Positions 28,829 through 39,239 of a stretch of DNA of 64,000 bases are shown piece by piece (the stretch's first letter is position 1; each line of letters opens with the position of its first letter). The position numbers were made by a program, and so were the translations under genes. The DNA is from Candidatus Latescibacterota bacterium. Its GTDB lineage: Bacteria > Latescibacterota > UBA2968 > GCA-2709665. The notes under the pieces are model-generated. The model saw nothing but the letters and a program-made list of their open reading frames with translations, did no database searches and was not told where the DNA came from. The DNA is taken from positions 2,752,001-2,816,000 of the forward strand of contig OZ241917.1 of NCBI GenBank assembly GCA_965203805.1, in the 5' to 3' direction.

Positions 28829-30214
28829 TTACGCGCTTTCGAGCACATCGAGCACGTCGATTATGCTCAGGCCCGTGTGATATCCCGGATCCGCATCGGC
28901 GGTGGCCGGAATGACCGGCGCCACCCGCCCGGACTCGTCGCGGGTCTGGTAGGCCATCAGATGAAGGTCCGGGCGCACGTAGTGCCTCGTGAAGGCGTTG
29001 TGGCATGCGCTGAATACGCCGAGGGCGTTCTTCCGATGCGCCCCGGTTCGGGCGATCGAAAAGCAGTACGCGGCGGCGCGCAGCGTCTCGGGCAGGTTCC
29101 ACCAGGGCATATCGGTATTGGCTGGCGTGCGGGAGACCAGGTCGAACATCTTGCAGATGCCGCCGGGAACGGGCTGGAACCCCCCCGCAAAGGTATGTGA
29201 CAACAGATCGGGCATAATGGATTCGACGCCGTCGATTTCCTCGCTCCGGGCAGCATCCGCCAGGCCGTTCTTTCGGACGGCCGAGGTGAATTTCAGCGTC
29301 AGGCCGATGAATTCGAGAACGTGCCCCGGATCGGAAAGGACCCTCCCGTTTTCCTCGAAGGGCCGCCCGTCGTCGTCCACGGCCTCCCAGAAGTCGTACT
29401 CCCGGAGACGCGGAACCCGTCCATCCAGGTTGACGTAGGTCTGCAATTCGTGACGGATGAGGCGGAGACCCATCTCCACGCCGTCGCAAACGCCGTGTTC
29501 CGCCAGCAGCGCCGCGGCGCCGATCTGAATCATATACGCGCCGTGAGGGTGGCGCCCCGGCCGGGGTCCTGCGGGATTTTTGGGGTCCAGCGAAATCTGA
29601 TCGGTGGAAAAACGACCCTCGTGAATGGCGTCGTCCACGCGGCGGCAGTATTCCATGGCTTCCGTTTCGGCATCCCGCAACCCAAGGTATCTCGCCGCGG
29701 CAACCATGCCCTTGGCGCTGAAGAGGTCGCTGAACCCGTAGCTCGACGCCTCCGAGAACTTCAACGTCCGGATCCGGCCTTCCCCGTCCGGCGCAAACGG
29801 ATTCCCTCGCGGCGACATGAAGAACGAAAGGTGGCCGGCGTTTCGGGCGCGAATGTCGAGCAGCGCCGCGAGCACGTCGGCCGCGATGCGTTCCAGGCGG
29901 CGCCGGAGTTCCGCGTTCAGGTTGTGGCGGCGCATCCAGCGGCAGTGCCCGGCAAGAGATTCCAGCCCGCGCCCCTGAATCCATCCGGAGACCGCGTCCG
30001 GACCCTTCAGAGGATCGTCCGCATCGAAGTCCTCACCGGTAATGAGATCCAGTTTGGTATCGATAAAGGGGTACCCGGGGGTGCGTTCGTAGCGGTCCGC
30101 GATGGCGGCCATCACGGCAAGCAGCATGGCCCGGTAGTCCGGCAGGACCGACTTGACGTCGGCGGCGGCAGGGCATTCCGGCAGGAGAATTCCCCGGTAC
30201 ACGACTTCCGGCAT
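28829..30214 (-). CDS. AGE (N-acylglucosamine 2-epimerase)-like alpha/alpha-barrel protein
   Basis: WIQGR, DPGHVLEF, PWWNLPE, DPGYH motifs typical of AGE/cellobiose epimerase relatives. Confidence 0.6.
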   Translation of the reverse strand: MPEVVYRGILLPECPAAADVKSVLPDYRAMLLAVMAAIADRYERTPGYPFIDTKLDLITGEDFDADDPLKGPDAVSGWIQGRGLESLAGHCRWMRRHNLNAELRRRLERIAADVLAALLDIRARNAGHLSFFMSPRGNPFAPDGEGRIRTLKFSEASSYGFSDLFSAKGMVAAARYLGLRDAETEAMEYCRRVDDAIHEGRFSTDQISLDPKNPAGPRPGRHPHGAYMIQIGAAALLAEHGVCDGVEMGLRLIRHELQTYVNLDGRVPRLREYDFWEAVDDDGRPFEENGRVLSDPGHVLEFIGLTLKFTSAVRKNGLADAARSEEIDGVESIMPDLLSHTFAGGFQPVPGGICKMFDLVSRTPANTDMPWWNLPETLRAAAYCFSIARTGAHRKNALGVFSACHNAFTRHYVRPDLHLMAYQTRDESGRVAPVIPATADADPGYHTGLSIIDVLDVLESA

Positions 30215-30302
30215 GGCGGCGGCTCCAGGGATCCGCTTGTATTGCTTTCTGGCAAGGAACGCGTTGCGAGACCGGCTACGGAGCACGGGCTGCGGATGTG
30301 CG

Positions 30303-31136
30303 CTACGCCCAGACGTAAATCTCGCCATCGTCATCGGAATAGCCGATGAATACGGCCAGGACAATTCTGGGATCGGTTCCCTCAACCGCGGGGACTTCGT
30401 GGATGCAGCGGGTGTTGAAGAAGTACAGGTCGCCCTGTTCAAGGTCGACCCGGCAGCGCTCGACGTTGTTCAGCCCGGCGTATTCGTGAAAGGCGTTCGC
30501 GGCAATATGGACCTCGACGTCCTCCGTCCACAGGCAGCGGTGCAGGATGGCCTGGGTGGCCGGCCCGGCCTGGTCCGCGTTTTGAAAGCACAGCACGCCC
30601 GCAAACTGGTGCTCGAACCGGGAGACCTCGTAATTGAAACGTCTTTCACGAAGCGAGACGTGGTCGATGTGCGGCCGGTAGGTGTGGTGGGTGTAGTGGA
30701 CGCGGAAGATGGCGGGACCGTAGCGGCGGCCGTCCGGTTCGCGCGCCGTCATCACCCGTTTGCCGCCGGCAAGCGCGGCGAGGCTGTTGTAGACGACGTC
30801 GATCGGATTGTCGAAACCGTCGAAGAGATGTTCGAACAGGTCGTGGGTCTGCGCGGCGTGTTTGAAAAAATCCGCCTGGTCGCCGCCCCTGTTTCCAAGA
30901 CTGGTGCCAATGTCGATACGGGTGCGTGTATCGCCGGACGCGGTGTCCGCCGGATCCCGCATCAGGCCGCTGTCGATAAACCGGCGGATCAGGCCGTCGC
31001 AGTGGGCCGGACTGAACCCCCGCTTCACAAGGATGGCCGGGATCTCGGCCGTTGAAAGGGCCCGGAGCGGGTTCGCGTATCGGGATGCGACGGACTCGAG
31101 GTCCGAACCGACCGGCAGCCAGTCGGCGGCGGGCAT
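30303..31136 (-). CDS. 2OG-Fe(II) oxygenase superfamily protein
   Basis: PHID (HxD), GDLYFFN...IHEVP..G...R. Confidence 0.7.
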   Translation of the reverse strand: MPAADWLPVGSDLESVASRYANPLRALSTAEIPAILVKRGFSPAHCDGLIRRFIDSGLMRDPADTASGDTRTRIDIGTSLGNRGGDQADFFKHAAQTHDLFEHLFDGFDNPIDVVYNSLAALAGGKRVMTAREPDGRRYGPAIFRVHYTHHTYRPHIDHVSLRERRFNYEVSRFEHQFAGVLCFQNADQAGPATQAILHRCLWTEDVEVHIAANAFHEYAGLNNVERCRVDLEQGDLYFFNTRCIHEVPAVEGTDPRIVLAVFIGYSDDDGEIYVWA

Positions 31137-31148
31137 AGTAGATTCCCC

Positions 31149-31643
31149 TCAGGCGAGATCCTTGAACTCGATGTGCACGTGCTCCCGGTGCCCGGTAAGT
31201 TGCCGGTACTCGACGCCGGCGCTGTCGAACATACGTCTGGATGCCCTGACCGGATCGGTCTCGGCGTATTTGTCCGCCAGGTAGATGACTTCCCGAATGC
31301 CGGACTGAATGATGACTTTGGCGCATTCGTTGCAGGGAAAGTGGGTGACATAGATCGTGCAATTGTACAGGTTGGTGTCGATCTTGTTCAGGATCGCGTT
31401 GAGTTCGGCGTGGCAGATGTACGGATACTTGGTGTTGAGAAAGTCGCCCTCTCTCGCCCACGGATACTCGTCGTCCGAACAGCCGAGGGGCAGCCCATTG
31501 TAACCGATTCCGACGATTTTCTTCTTCTCGTTGATGATACAGGCGCCCACGCGGGTGTTGGGGTCCTTGCTCCGGAGCGCGGAAAGCAACGCAACGCCCA
31601 TGAAATATTCGTCCCAGGACAGATAATCTTCGCGTTTGTTCAT
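31149..31643 (-). CDS. dCMP deaminase family protein
   Basis: SWDEYFM, RSKDP..RVGACI, GYNG, CHAELNAI, PCNECAK. Confidence 0.93.
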   Translation of the reverse strand: MNKREDYLSWDEYFMGVALLSALRSKDPNTRVGACIINEKKKIVGIGYNGLPLGCSDDEYPWAREGDFLNTKYPYICHAELNAILNKIDTNLYNCTIYVTHFPCNECAKVIIQSGIREVIYLADKYAETDPVRASRRMFDSAGVEYRQLTGHREHVHIEFKDLA

Positions 31644-31881
31644 TTATATTCCGGGCGGCGCGTCAACGCACCTGGTGTGGATGCTCTCCGTTGGAACCCG
31701 AGAACCGTGAATGACCGGATCCGGGGCTGCCATCGTGCCGTCATGCGAGCCGGTGTAATATGCTTCGCGTATATACGGATTGCAACCGTTTCTTTGTCCG
31801 CGAAGCACAGATAGCGCCTTCGAGCCGGCGCCTGGCTCCGTTCGGTTCGGACCGACGGATGAGGAGCACGCGGAAGGACAC

Positions 31882-31913
31882 AAAAAAGCGAGGCGCGAAG
31901 AATCGCGCCTCGC
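31882..31913 (-). terminator. Rho-independent terminator downstream of the TonB receptor gene
   Basis: GCGAGGCGCGA / TCGCGCCTCGC 11-bp stem followed by T6 on the minus strand. Confidence 0.85.
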
Positions 31914-32073
31914 AACGGACCTGCGGCCACCACCGGGCAGAAACCGACCGGTACGCAGATTCCGAAATTTAATCGTCCGTGGCCCGGGAGACATTTCGAC
32001 AACGGATCTCTCGTGTAATGCGCGGCCTCCATACGACTCGCCGACGGGAAAGACGCCAGCGGCGGGGAATCCG

Positions 32074-35000
32074 TCAACCCCCGAGGCGATAGGAAACGGC
32101 CAGCTTCACCCGCCGGCCCTTCGGATCGTGGGTAAAACCGTCGTAGGCCTGCTCGATGTTTACGAGCGGGGGCCTCTTGTCAAGCAGATTCATGCCGGAA
32201 AGCGCGATATTTATCCCGTTGGGCATGTTCCACAGGAACGTCGCGTCCCATGTCAGATAAGACCCGATGGTACCGAATATGCTCTTGATCTTCGAATTAT
32301 CCGAACCCATCGAACCGCGGTCCTCGTAGGATGAAATATAGTTCAGATAGCTCGCGATACTGTAGTCCTGCCAGTAATAGCTCGCCGATATCCGTCCCTT
32401 GAACTTGGGAAGGGACGTCGCGATGGGATTGCCGAAGTTCAGGTAGCCGGCGGCATCCGCGCCTTCCTGGAGCGTCAGGCCGCCCAGCATCAGGGCCTTT
32501 GTCTCGTACTCCAGCGTATAGGTGCCCTCCAGGCCTGCCGCAAACAGACCCGCTCCCTGCTGCACCCGCGTACCCAGATGCAGATCGATTCCCGACGTCT
32601 TGAGGCCCGGCCAGTTCACGATATCGACCTGCACCCGCTCGAGTTCCGATGCCGCGCATGTGCCGGTGCCGATCCCGTCCGGACACACGATGAACTGCTT
32701 AAGCGCGTCCTTGTTCGCCTCGTCCGCGTACAGGGCGGTTATGGCGCCGTGGGGCATCGAACCGATCACGTCGCTGAAATCATAGCTCCAGTAGTCGAGT
32801 GTCGCCTCAAATCCCGTTTCCGTGACGAGGGCCAGGCCCGCGTTAAACGTAAACGCCCGTTCCGGTTTGAGGTCCTTGTTTCCAATACGATCCACCGTCT
32901 GATACGCGCCCGTCTCGTTGATCCACTCGAGCGTGGAAAGCGGGCTCTCGTTGACATCGTCCAGCGATGGCGTGCGGAACGTCGTCTGCACCGAGCCGCG
33001 CAGGAACACGGACCGGTCCGGAGATTCGGTGAGTTGATAACGCCACCCGAACTTGGGATCGAAACTGCTCGCCACGTCGTGGAACTCGTAGTTGGCGGCA
33101 AGTTGCACGTCGAACCGCTCGCCAAGGCTCAGTGGCGTCTCGGCAAAGAAACGATGCACCGTCTGAGACTCATCGTAGGGCCGGTGCACGTTGGTAAACG
33201 CGTAGGGACCGAACCTGTCCTCCGCGGAGCAGTTCCTGTCGCCCACAACCGGACACGGATTGATCGTGACGTCGCCCTCGTCGTTGGGGTCCCCGCTGGC
33301 GTTGAACAGGCGGAACTGGTAACCGGCTGCGTAACTGGCCACATCCTTGATCCAGGTTCCGGTCAACGTTGCGTCGGCCACCAGCATGTCGGCGCTGCTT
33401 TGCATATCGACTTCCTGGTTCAGCCACTGCCGAAGTTCGGCGCTGTTGGCCAGCGCGGCCCGGTAATCGGGATTGGCGCGGGATGCAAATGCCGAACCGT
33501 GTTGATCCGCGTACTCGATGGCGTTGCCGAAGGGATTGTAATACTGGCAGTCGCCCTGACCCGCCGCCTTTCCATTGAGCGGGCCGAGCCGCATCCCGGC
33601 AAGGGACGTCCGGTCCGCCACCACGCCAACGCCGCAGCGCGGCCCGCCGAAGCCCCGGAAGCCGAGGAACAGCCGCTCAATGTACACACCCGGCAGATTG
33701 TAGTTGCCCTCGGTGCGGGAATAGGACACAGCCAGGTCAAATTGATTCTCCCGGTCGCCGAACGCCGTGAAGTCGCCGTTCAGAGAAGCCGCCATGCGCC
33801 ACGTGCGGGCGTCCCGGTCCAGTATGCGCCCGGGGCCCGAGTTTCCGAAGGGACGGCCGTTGAAATACCAGTTCTCGTCTCCCTGGCAAGCCTCGTAGTA
33901 GGGATGGTTCGGGTCGGCGCCGTAGTCGTCGCAGAACGCACCTCTGCCAGGGTGTTCGGGCGCAACCTCCATGATGCTCGTGTCCGTGAGGGGAAACGGC
34001 GGATACGAAGGCGTTGTGTACCATTCGGGAATTTTAGCCTGCGCCCAAAGCGCCTCCACGTGATATTCCGCCCCGTTGTCCAGCTCCCCGTTGATCTCGG
34101 CGAAAGCCCGGGTATGATTCATGTCCTCAATGAGATTCTCATATTGCTGATAACGGAAGCGGCAGGTCCAGGACTCCCGGAAGCCGCCGAATTCCTCGCA
34201 GCGCGGGGCGTGGATGGCCGCGGTCCATGGGGCAGGGGCGCCGATGGCGAACGTGCCGGGATTCCCCAGGCTCGACCACCCCAGTCGCTGCCCGCCGCCG
34301 TGCCACGGCTGCAACAGAAAGTCCCTTTCCCAGGACGGCAATGCCTGGCGTCCCCTCCACTCGGCGGAAACAACCGCGTGGGCCTCTCCGAGTTTCCCGC
34401 CCCAGATCGCGCCGGCATTGGTATCGCCGGCGCCCGGGAAGTACTCGTGCGCCGCCGAGACTTCGAAGCCTTCGAAATTTCCGCGAGTGAGGAAATTGGC
34501 CACGCCGCCCACCGCGTCCGACCCGTAAATGGCGGAAGCCCCTTCCTTCAGCACTTCGACCCGCTCAATGGCAATAGAGGGAATCACGTTGACGTCGACG
34601 AAGCGACCTCCGATCAGACGCGCGGGTACGTAGGTCTGGCGCCGGCTGTTGATGAGCACCAGCGTACGCGACGCCCCCAGGCCCCGCAGGTTGACGTTCG
34701 CGATGCTTTCGGTGAGCGTGGCGGCCTGGCCTGAATTGTACCAGCTGCTGCGTTCCCCGATCACGCCGTGGCTCGCGCCCAGATTTTTGAAGAAATCAAC
34801 GGCCTGGGGCGATCCCTGCTCCGCCATCTCCTCGCGCCCGACCGCCACAACCGCGTACGTCTGGTTGATGGGAGATTTCTTGAAGGCCGTGCCTGTCACC
34901 ACGAGTTCGTCCATAAAAAGCAGGGACAACTCCATACGCAACGCGACAGTAACGGTCGCGCCCTCGGTGACAGTGATCGCGCGGGGTTCGCCCTTGTAGC

Positions 35001-35250
35001 CGATGAGTTGCACGCTCAGTTCGTGGGCGCCGGCAGGTACGTCCCGGATGGTAAAGCGCCCTGCCGCGTCCGACACCTCGACCATGTTCAAGGCCGCTAT
35101 GGACACGTTCGCCCCCTCCAGCGGGTCCCCGCTTTCACCGTCGACCACGGTACCCGTAACCGTACCTGTCGACTGCGCCGCCACCCCCTGCGCGGAAAGG
35201 AGAATGGCTGCGCAAACCAGAATCGACAGAAACATCACTTTAACCTTCAT
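32074..35250 (-). CDS. TonB-dependent outer-membrane receptor
   Basis: Signal peptide, carboxypeptidase-regulatory-like N-domain, DELVVTG TonB box, NLRGLGASRTLVLIN, IERVEVLKEGASAIYGSDAVGGV plug, barrel C-terminus. Confidence 0.95.
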   Translation of the reverse strand: MKVKVMFLSILVCAAILLSAQGVAAQSTGTVTGTVVDGESGDPLEGANVSIAALNMVEVSDAAGRFTIRDVPAGAHELSVQLIGYKGEPRAITVTEGATVTVALRMELSLLFMDELVVTGTAFKKSPINQTYAVVAVGREEMAEQGSPQAVDFFKNLGASHGVIGERSSWYNSGQAATLTESIANVNLRGLGASRTLVLINSRRQTYVPARLIGGRFVDVNVIPSIAIERVEVLKEGASAIYGSDAVGGVANFLTRGNFEGFEVSAAHEYFPGAGDTNAGAIWGGKLGEAHAVVSAEWRGRQALPSWERDFLLQPWHGGGQRLGWSSLGNPGTFAIGAPAPWTAAIHAPRCEEFGGFRESWTCRFRYQQYENLIEDMNHTRAFAEINGELDNGAEYHVEALWAQAKIPEWYTTPSYPPFPLTDTSIMEVAPEHPGRGAFCDDYGADPNHPYYEACQGDENWYFNGRPFGNSGPGRILDRDARTWRMAASLNGDFTAFGDRENQFDLAVSYSRTEGNYNLPGVYIERLFLGFRGFGGPRCGVGVVADRTSLAGMRLGPLNGKAAGQGDCQYYNPFGNAIEYADQHGSAFASRANPDYRAALANSAELRQWLNQEVDMQSSADMLVADATLTGTWIKDVASYAAGYQFRLFNASGDPNDEGDVTINPCPVVGDRNCSAEDRFGPYAFTNVHRPYDESQTVHRFFAETPLSLGERFDVQLAANYEFHDVASSFDPKFGWRYQLTESPDRSVFLRGSVQTTFRTPSLDDVNESPLSTLEWINETGAYQTVDRIGNKDLKPERAFTFNAGLALVTETGFEATLDYWSYDFSDVIGSMPHGAITALYADEANKDALKQFIVCPDGIGTGTCAASELERVQVDIVNWPGLKTSGIDLHLGTRVQQGAGLFAAGLEGTYTLEYETKALMLGGLTLQEGADAAGYLNFGNPIATSLPKFKGRISASYYWQDYSIASYLNYISSYEDRGSMGSDNSKIKSIFGTIGSYLTWDATFLWNMPNGINIALSGMNLLDKRPPLVNIEQAYDGFTHDPKGRRVKLAVSYRLGG

Positions 35251-35348
35251 AGCGCCTCCTCGCCTTATTCTATCAGGCTAACCGAAGAGCCGGTGCGCAT
35301 GCCCGGCCGCGGGTGCGGGTTCGATACCCGCACCGTGTGTGATTTGTT

Positions 35349-36923
35349 TCAGATCGTTTCCCGCGTTTCCCCGCGCAGCCCTCGCCAGACGCAGAACGCC
35401 ATTCCCAACAGGACGATGGTGAACGGGAGGCCGGTCGCCAGCGATGCGGCCTGCAGGGCCTCCAACCCTCCGCCAAGCAGGAGCGCGATCGCCACCAGAC
35501 CCTCGATCGTGCACCAGAATACACGCTGCGCCACCGGAGCGTCAACCCTGCCTCCGGCGGCAATCGTGTCGATGATCAGGGATCCGGAATCCGATGACGT
35601 TACGAAAAAGACAATCGTCAGTAGCATCGCGACACACGAAAGCAGTGCCGACGCGGGGAGTTTGTCGAGCATCTTGAACAGTGCGATCTCAAGCTTCCAT
35701 GCGTCAATATTGCCGGTAACCCCGGTGTAGCCCTCCACGATGTGCTGGTGGAACGCGGTGCCGCCGAAAGCGCCGAACCACAGCAGGCACAACAGTGTGG
35801 GCATCAGCAGCACGAAGACGACGAACTGGCGAACCGTGCGCCCCTTCGAAATACGGGCGATAAACGTCCCCACGAAAGGCGCCCAGGCGAACCACCATGC
35901 CCAGTAGAACGTGGTCCAGTCTCGAACGAATCCGGTATCCTCGCGCCCGATCCAGTTGCTGAGAGGACCGATCTTTGCCAGGTATCCGCCAAACCCCTGT
36001 GCGACGCTGCGGAGCGCGTATGCCGTGGGACCGAGCACGATCACGGCGAGCAACAGGACCAGCGCGAGGATTACGTTGAACTGGCTGAGGCGTTTGATGC
36101 CGACGTCGATACCCGTCAGCACCGAGGCCAGGGCAATGGCGGTGATCGCCGCGATGATCATAACCATCGTGGCGCTGCTCACGGGAATTCCGAATAGATA
36201 GTTGAAGCCGGACGCGACCTGCTGAACCCCGAGGCCGAGGGAGGTGGCAAGACCGAACAGTCCCGCGAAAATGGCAAACGTGTCGATGACGTGGCCTGGC
36301 CACCCCCAGACCCGGTCGCCAATAAGGGGATGGAACGCGGATCGGATCGTAAGCGGCAATCCGCGGTTGTACGCGAAGTACCCAAGCGCAAGTCCTACAA
36401 CGCCGTAGATCGCCCAGCCGTGCAGACCCCAGTGAAACGTGGTTGCCGCAATGCCGGAAACGGCGGCCGCTTCCGTTCCGGGGGCGATGTCCAGCGGCGG
36501 GTTCTTGAAGTAGTAGACCGGCTCCGCCACTCCGAAAAAGAGAAGACCGATGCCCACGCCGGCCGCAAAGAGCATGGCAAGCCAGGTCGCGTTGGAATAT
36601 TCCGGTTTCGCGTCCGCGCCGCCAAGGCGGACGCGTCCCAGCGGCGAAACGGCGATGTAGAGGCAGAAGAGCACCACGATATTGGCGGCGCTCATAAAGA
36701 ACCAGTCGAGATTCGTAGTCAGCCACAGCCGCGCATCTTTGAAGACCGCGGTCGCGGCTTCCTGAAAAACAAGCGTCCCCAGGACAAATACGACGATCGT
36801 AACACTGGAAATCACGAATACCGGCGTCAGATAGATTTCAAGTCCGAACAGCCTGTGGTGCTGCGCGTTGTCCTGTAGGTGTTCACCCTTTGCGAGCACG
36901 AAAGAACCCCCAACTCTGGACAC
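35349..36923 (-). CDS. BCCT-family (betaine/carnitine/choline) transporter
   Basis: WLAMLFAAGVGIGLLF, FHWGLHGWAIY, WTTFYWAWWFAWAPFVG.FIARISKGRT, FFVTSSDSG. Confidence 0.95.
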   Translation of the reverse strand: MSRVGGSFVLAKGEHLQDNAQHHRLFGLEIYLTPVFVISSVTIVVFVLGTLVFQEAATAVFKDARLWLTTNLDWFFMSAANIVVLFCLYIAVSPLGRVRLGGADAKPEYSNATWLAMLFAAGVGIGLLFFGVAEPVYYFKNPPLDIAPGTEAAAVSGIAATTFHWGLHGWAIYGVVGLALGYFAYNRGLPLTIRSAFHPLIGDRVWGWPGHVIDTFAIFAGLFGLATSLGLGVQQVASGFNYLFGIPVSSATMVMIIAAITAIALASVLTGIDVGIKRLSQFNVILALVLLLAVIVLGPTAYALRSVAQGFGGYLAKIGPLSNWIGREDTGFVRDWTTFYWAWWFAWAPFVGTFIARISKGRTVRQFVVFVLLMPTLLCLLWFGAFGGTAFHQHIVEGYTGVTGNIDAWKLEIALFKMLDKLPASALLSCVAMLLTIVFFVTSSDSGSLIIDTIAAGGRVDAPVAQRVFWCTIEGLVAIALLLGGGLEALQAASLATGLPFTIVLLGMAFCVWRGLRGETRETI

Positions 36924-37378
36924 CCGGGCCGTTTGGCAGCCGCGAAACTTCGGACTCTGCAGGCGGGAGGGGTTTCCCGATATTTCACTGGGTCCGTACT
37001 ACAATATCAGTATAAAACCGCAATCAGGCAACCCCGCAGTCAGTCGTTGCGTCCGCTCTCATTGGGGAATCCGTGACGCGTTACGACCTGATCAAGAAAA
37101 TCCTGAAGACTCCCGGGGTCAGGAACCCAGCCTGCCAGACGAATGGACGATGAGTGAAACGGATCCGATTAAATCTTGTCAATACAGCCACGTTTCTCTA
37201 TCTTTTGAATTGTCGACGAATCGGTGAGCCGATCCGACGGCACGACGGGACCGGGTTCGTGTTCAGATAGTCGGCGGCGGGCTGACGACACGTATATTTG
37301 GAATTTTACGGGCCTGCCGAAACGACGCCGTACGAGACCCACCAAAGATGCAAATGCTGTCTCACACGACTCGCATCC

Positions 37379-37756
37379 ATGCTCGAGAAACGACCGGCGC
37401 CCGACAACCCTCCATTCAGTTATCGGATCGATCGACGTGAGGCCGTATTTTTCAGACGCGTCAGCCAGGCCGAGTTCGAGAACATACGAAAGTCCAATCA
37501 GCTTGAACCAGAACCGGGCGGCACGGAATCCGGAAAGCACCTGACAACAACATCGGATCTCGCGGAGAAATGGGGAATCCAATGGGTGGAATCCGGGTGG
37601 GAGGACGCGATTGGTATTGTCCTAGAAGTGCGACTGCCCGCAGCCACCGCGAAAGAAATAGACTTCGTAGGCTCCAGAATCGATGGAATTGGCGCGTGCT
37701 ATTTTGCCCGATTCGACCAGTTGGTATGCGCGAAATTACGGGAGGCCAAAGTATGA
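37379..37756 (+). CDS. Hypothetical protein resembling a stand-alone polymorphic-toxin tip (ART-like)
   Basis: FFRRVSQAEF..I, GKHLTTTS..A.KWG, VLEVRLP, IDGIG pattern; start uncertain (37298 or 37379). Confidence 0.5.
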   Translation: MLEKRPAPDNPPFSYRIDRREAVFFRRVSQAEFENIRKSNQLEPEPGGTESGKHLTTTSDLAEKWGIQWVESGWEDAIGIVLEVRLPAATAKEIDFVGSRIDGIGACYFARFDQLVCAKLREAKV

Positions 37757-38112
37757 TCCGCAAGCTCGTGGCGGAAGTGCGTTTCTCTCAGGAGGCACGT
37801 GAGTTCTGGCCGGAGAAGGTCTTGACTGCCGTGGCCCATCTGGCCGACGACAACGAACAGGCGGGGCCATGGTCGATGCGCGCCGAACTATGGAGCCCAC
37901 CTGATCGAAGTGGAATTGCGCTTGCCTGGATATCTTTTCTTTCACCCGACGCTCCCTTTACTGCACTTCCCCTTAACACGCCGTTTGAGCTTACATTGGG
38001 ACATACAACAATTGCCAGATGTATTATTTCTGTTCACCCTAGTTGCGGTTTGCCTTATCGTGAGAATGACTTCGTAAACCATCCCAAAAGCCCGATACGA
38101 AACGCGGCTTAG
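37753..38112 (+). CDS. Small hypothetical protein, candidate immunity protein
   Basis: ATG at 37753 overlaps the upstream stop (ATGA), RBS GGAGG; WS...ISFLSPDAP...FELTLG..IARC.I. Confidence 0.6.
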   Translation: MIRKLVAEVRFSQEAREFWPEKVLTAVAHLADDNEQAGPWSMRAELWSPPDRSGIALAWISFLSPDAPFTALPLNTPFELTLGHTTIARCIISVHPSCGLPYRENDFVNHPKSPIRNAA

Positions 38113-38113
38113 C

Positions 38114-38836
38114 ATGTATCTGACAGTCCACAGAGTCGTTTCGCCAAATTCGGAACGCGGAATAAATGGCGCGGTTTACAGACACGATACGGATCGACAA
38201 GATCCGATCTGGATCTCTCCGGACCTTGAAGACATTTCTTCAAATAACCTCGGAACTCAAATAAAGTGTCGTACCGATATCAAACCTGGCGAGAACGCCG
38301 TCGAATGCTTCCTGGATATTGCATTTCCCGATGATTTTTCCGAATGCGAAGTAACAGACGCTCTCAGCCGATTCCGCCAGACAATTCATTCGATCAGTAC
38401 AAAACGAACTTTCGATATGGTCGCGATAGAATTCGTTGTGAATCCCGTCAGTCGGGGAAAATTACGTGACAATTTCGACCAACTCTCAACGGCGGCCGTC
38501 GATCTGTTCAGGAACCGCAATCGTCAACATCCCCCAACAATTCCGCCGCTTGAGATTATTGAAACGGCAGATGATGAATACAGATGTTTTGAACTCAACC
38601 AGGAGAGCAAGCGACGACTTCGAGGTAAATTCGGTTCCAATGTAAGGACTGACCGGGTCAGAGTGCCTTTCCACGTCGACACTGAATTCAGAAAGCTATA
38701 CGGCGATGTCTACCCGTTTGTGCTTGAGTGGACTACCGCCAAGTCGAGATCGGATTTGGCCAAACTCGGTGGTATTAGAATTTCGCGAAATGGTAAACGC
38801 GTATGGGAGTGGATCCCACACGAAATTTCTACGTAG
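38114..38836 (+). CDS. Hypothetical protein
   Basis: 240-aa ORF starting 1 nt after the previous stop, in AT-richer DNA where long ORFs are unlikely by chance. Confidence 0.7.
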   Translation: MYLTVHRVVSPNSERGINGAVYRHDTDRQDPIWISPDLEDISSNNLGTQIKCRTDIKPGENAVECFLDIAFPDDFSECEVTDALSRFRQTIHSISTKRTFDMVAIEFVVNPVSRGKLRDNFDQLSTAAVDLFRNRNRQHPPTIPPLEIIETADDEYRCFELNQESKRRLRGKFGSNVRTDRVRVPFHVDTEFRKLYGDVYPFVLEWTTAKSRSDLAKLGGIRISRNGKRVWEWIPHEIST

Positions 38837-39239
38837 CGCATTGGATCATCCGACTTGCCACTTTCCAGATCTGGCGATTCGCAATTGAAAATCCGCGACA
38901 GAATCGCTTTCGGCCAGGCATTTCAAACCTTCCGACTTCAAGCCGTTCGACATCCAGGTTGATATCAATGCCCCACGCCGGGTCAGATTCTTGCCCTCCG
39001 CACCTCGGGCACGATCTGCGCTGAAACCCTTTCGATTCTGCCCTCCTCCCCTGCGTTAGTACGTTAGCGCACCTGCCCATTCTCTCCTACCGGTAGTCAT
39101 AGAGATCCACAGACCGAAATCGCGCCAGATCGACGGTATTGTTGCAAGACGGGCTGAATGCCCGGCGACTGCCAGCATGGCTGACAGCCATAACGTCGAG
39201 CCTCGAATCTCAACGTTTGCGAGCCGCGATCCTTCAATA

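Noticed and set aside
28143-29984. 613-aa ABC ATPase, and similarly extended N-termini at 18565-20202 and 28829-30442
   Set aside because: The extensions overlap neighbouring genes in another frame; real starts were reassigned to 28805, 19827 and 30214.
31149-31643. dCMP deaminase as an anti-phage dCTP deaminase
   Set aside because: It is a single-domain 164-aa housekeeping-type protein without the kinase-like domain, located outside the defence block.
35312-35334. GCGGG-TTCGATA-CCCGC resembling a tRNA T-arm
   Set aside because: No acceptor, D or anticodon arms can be folded around it; it is simply an intergenic hairpin.
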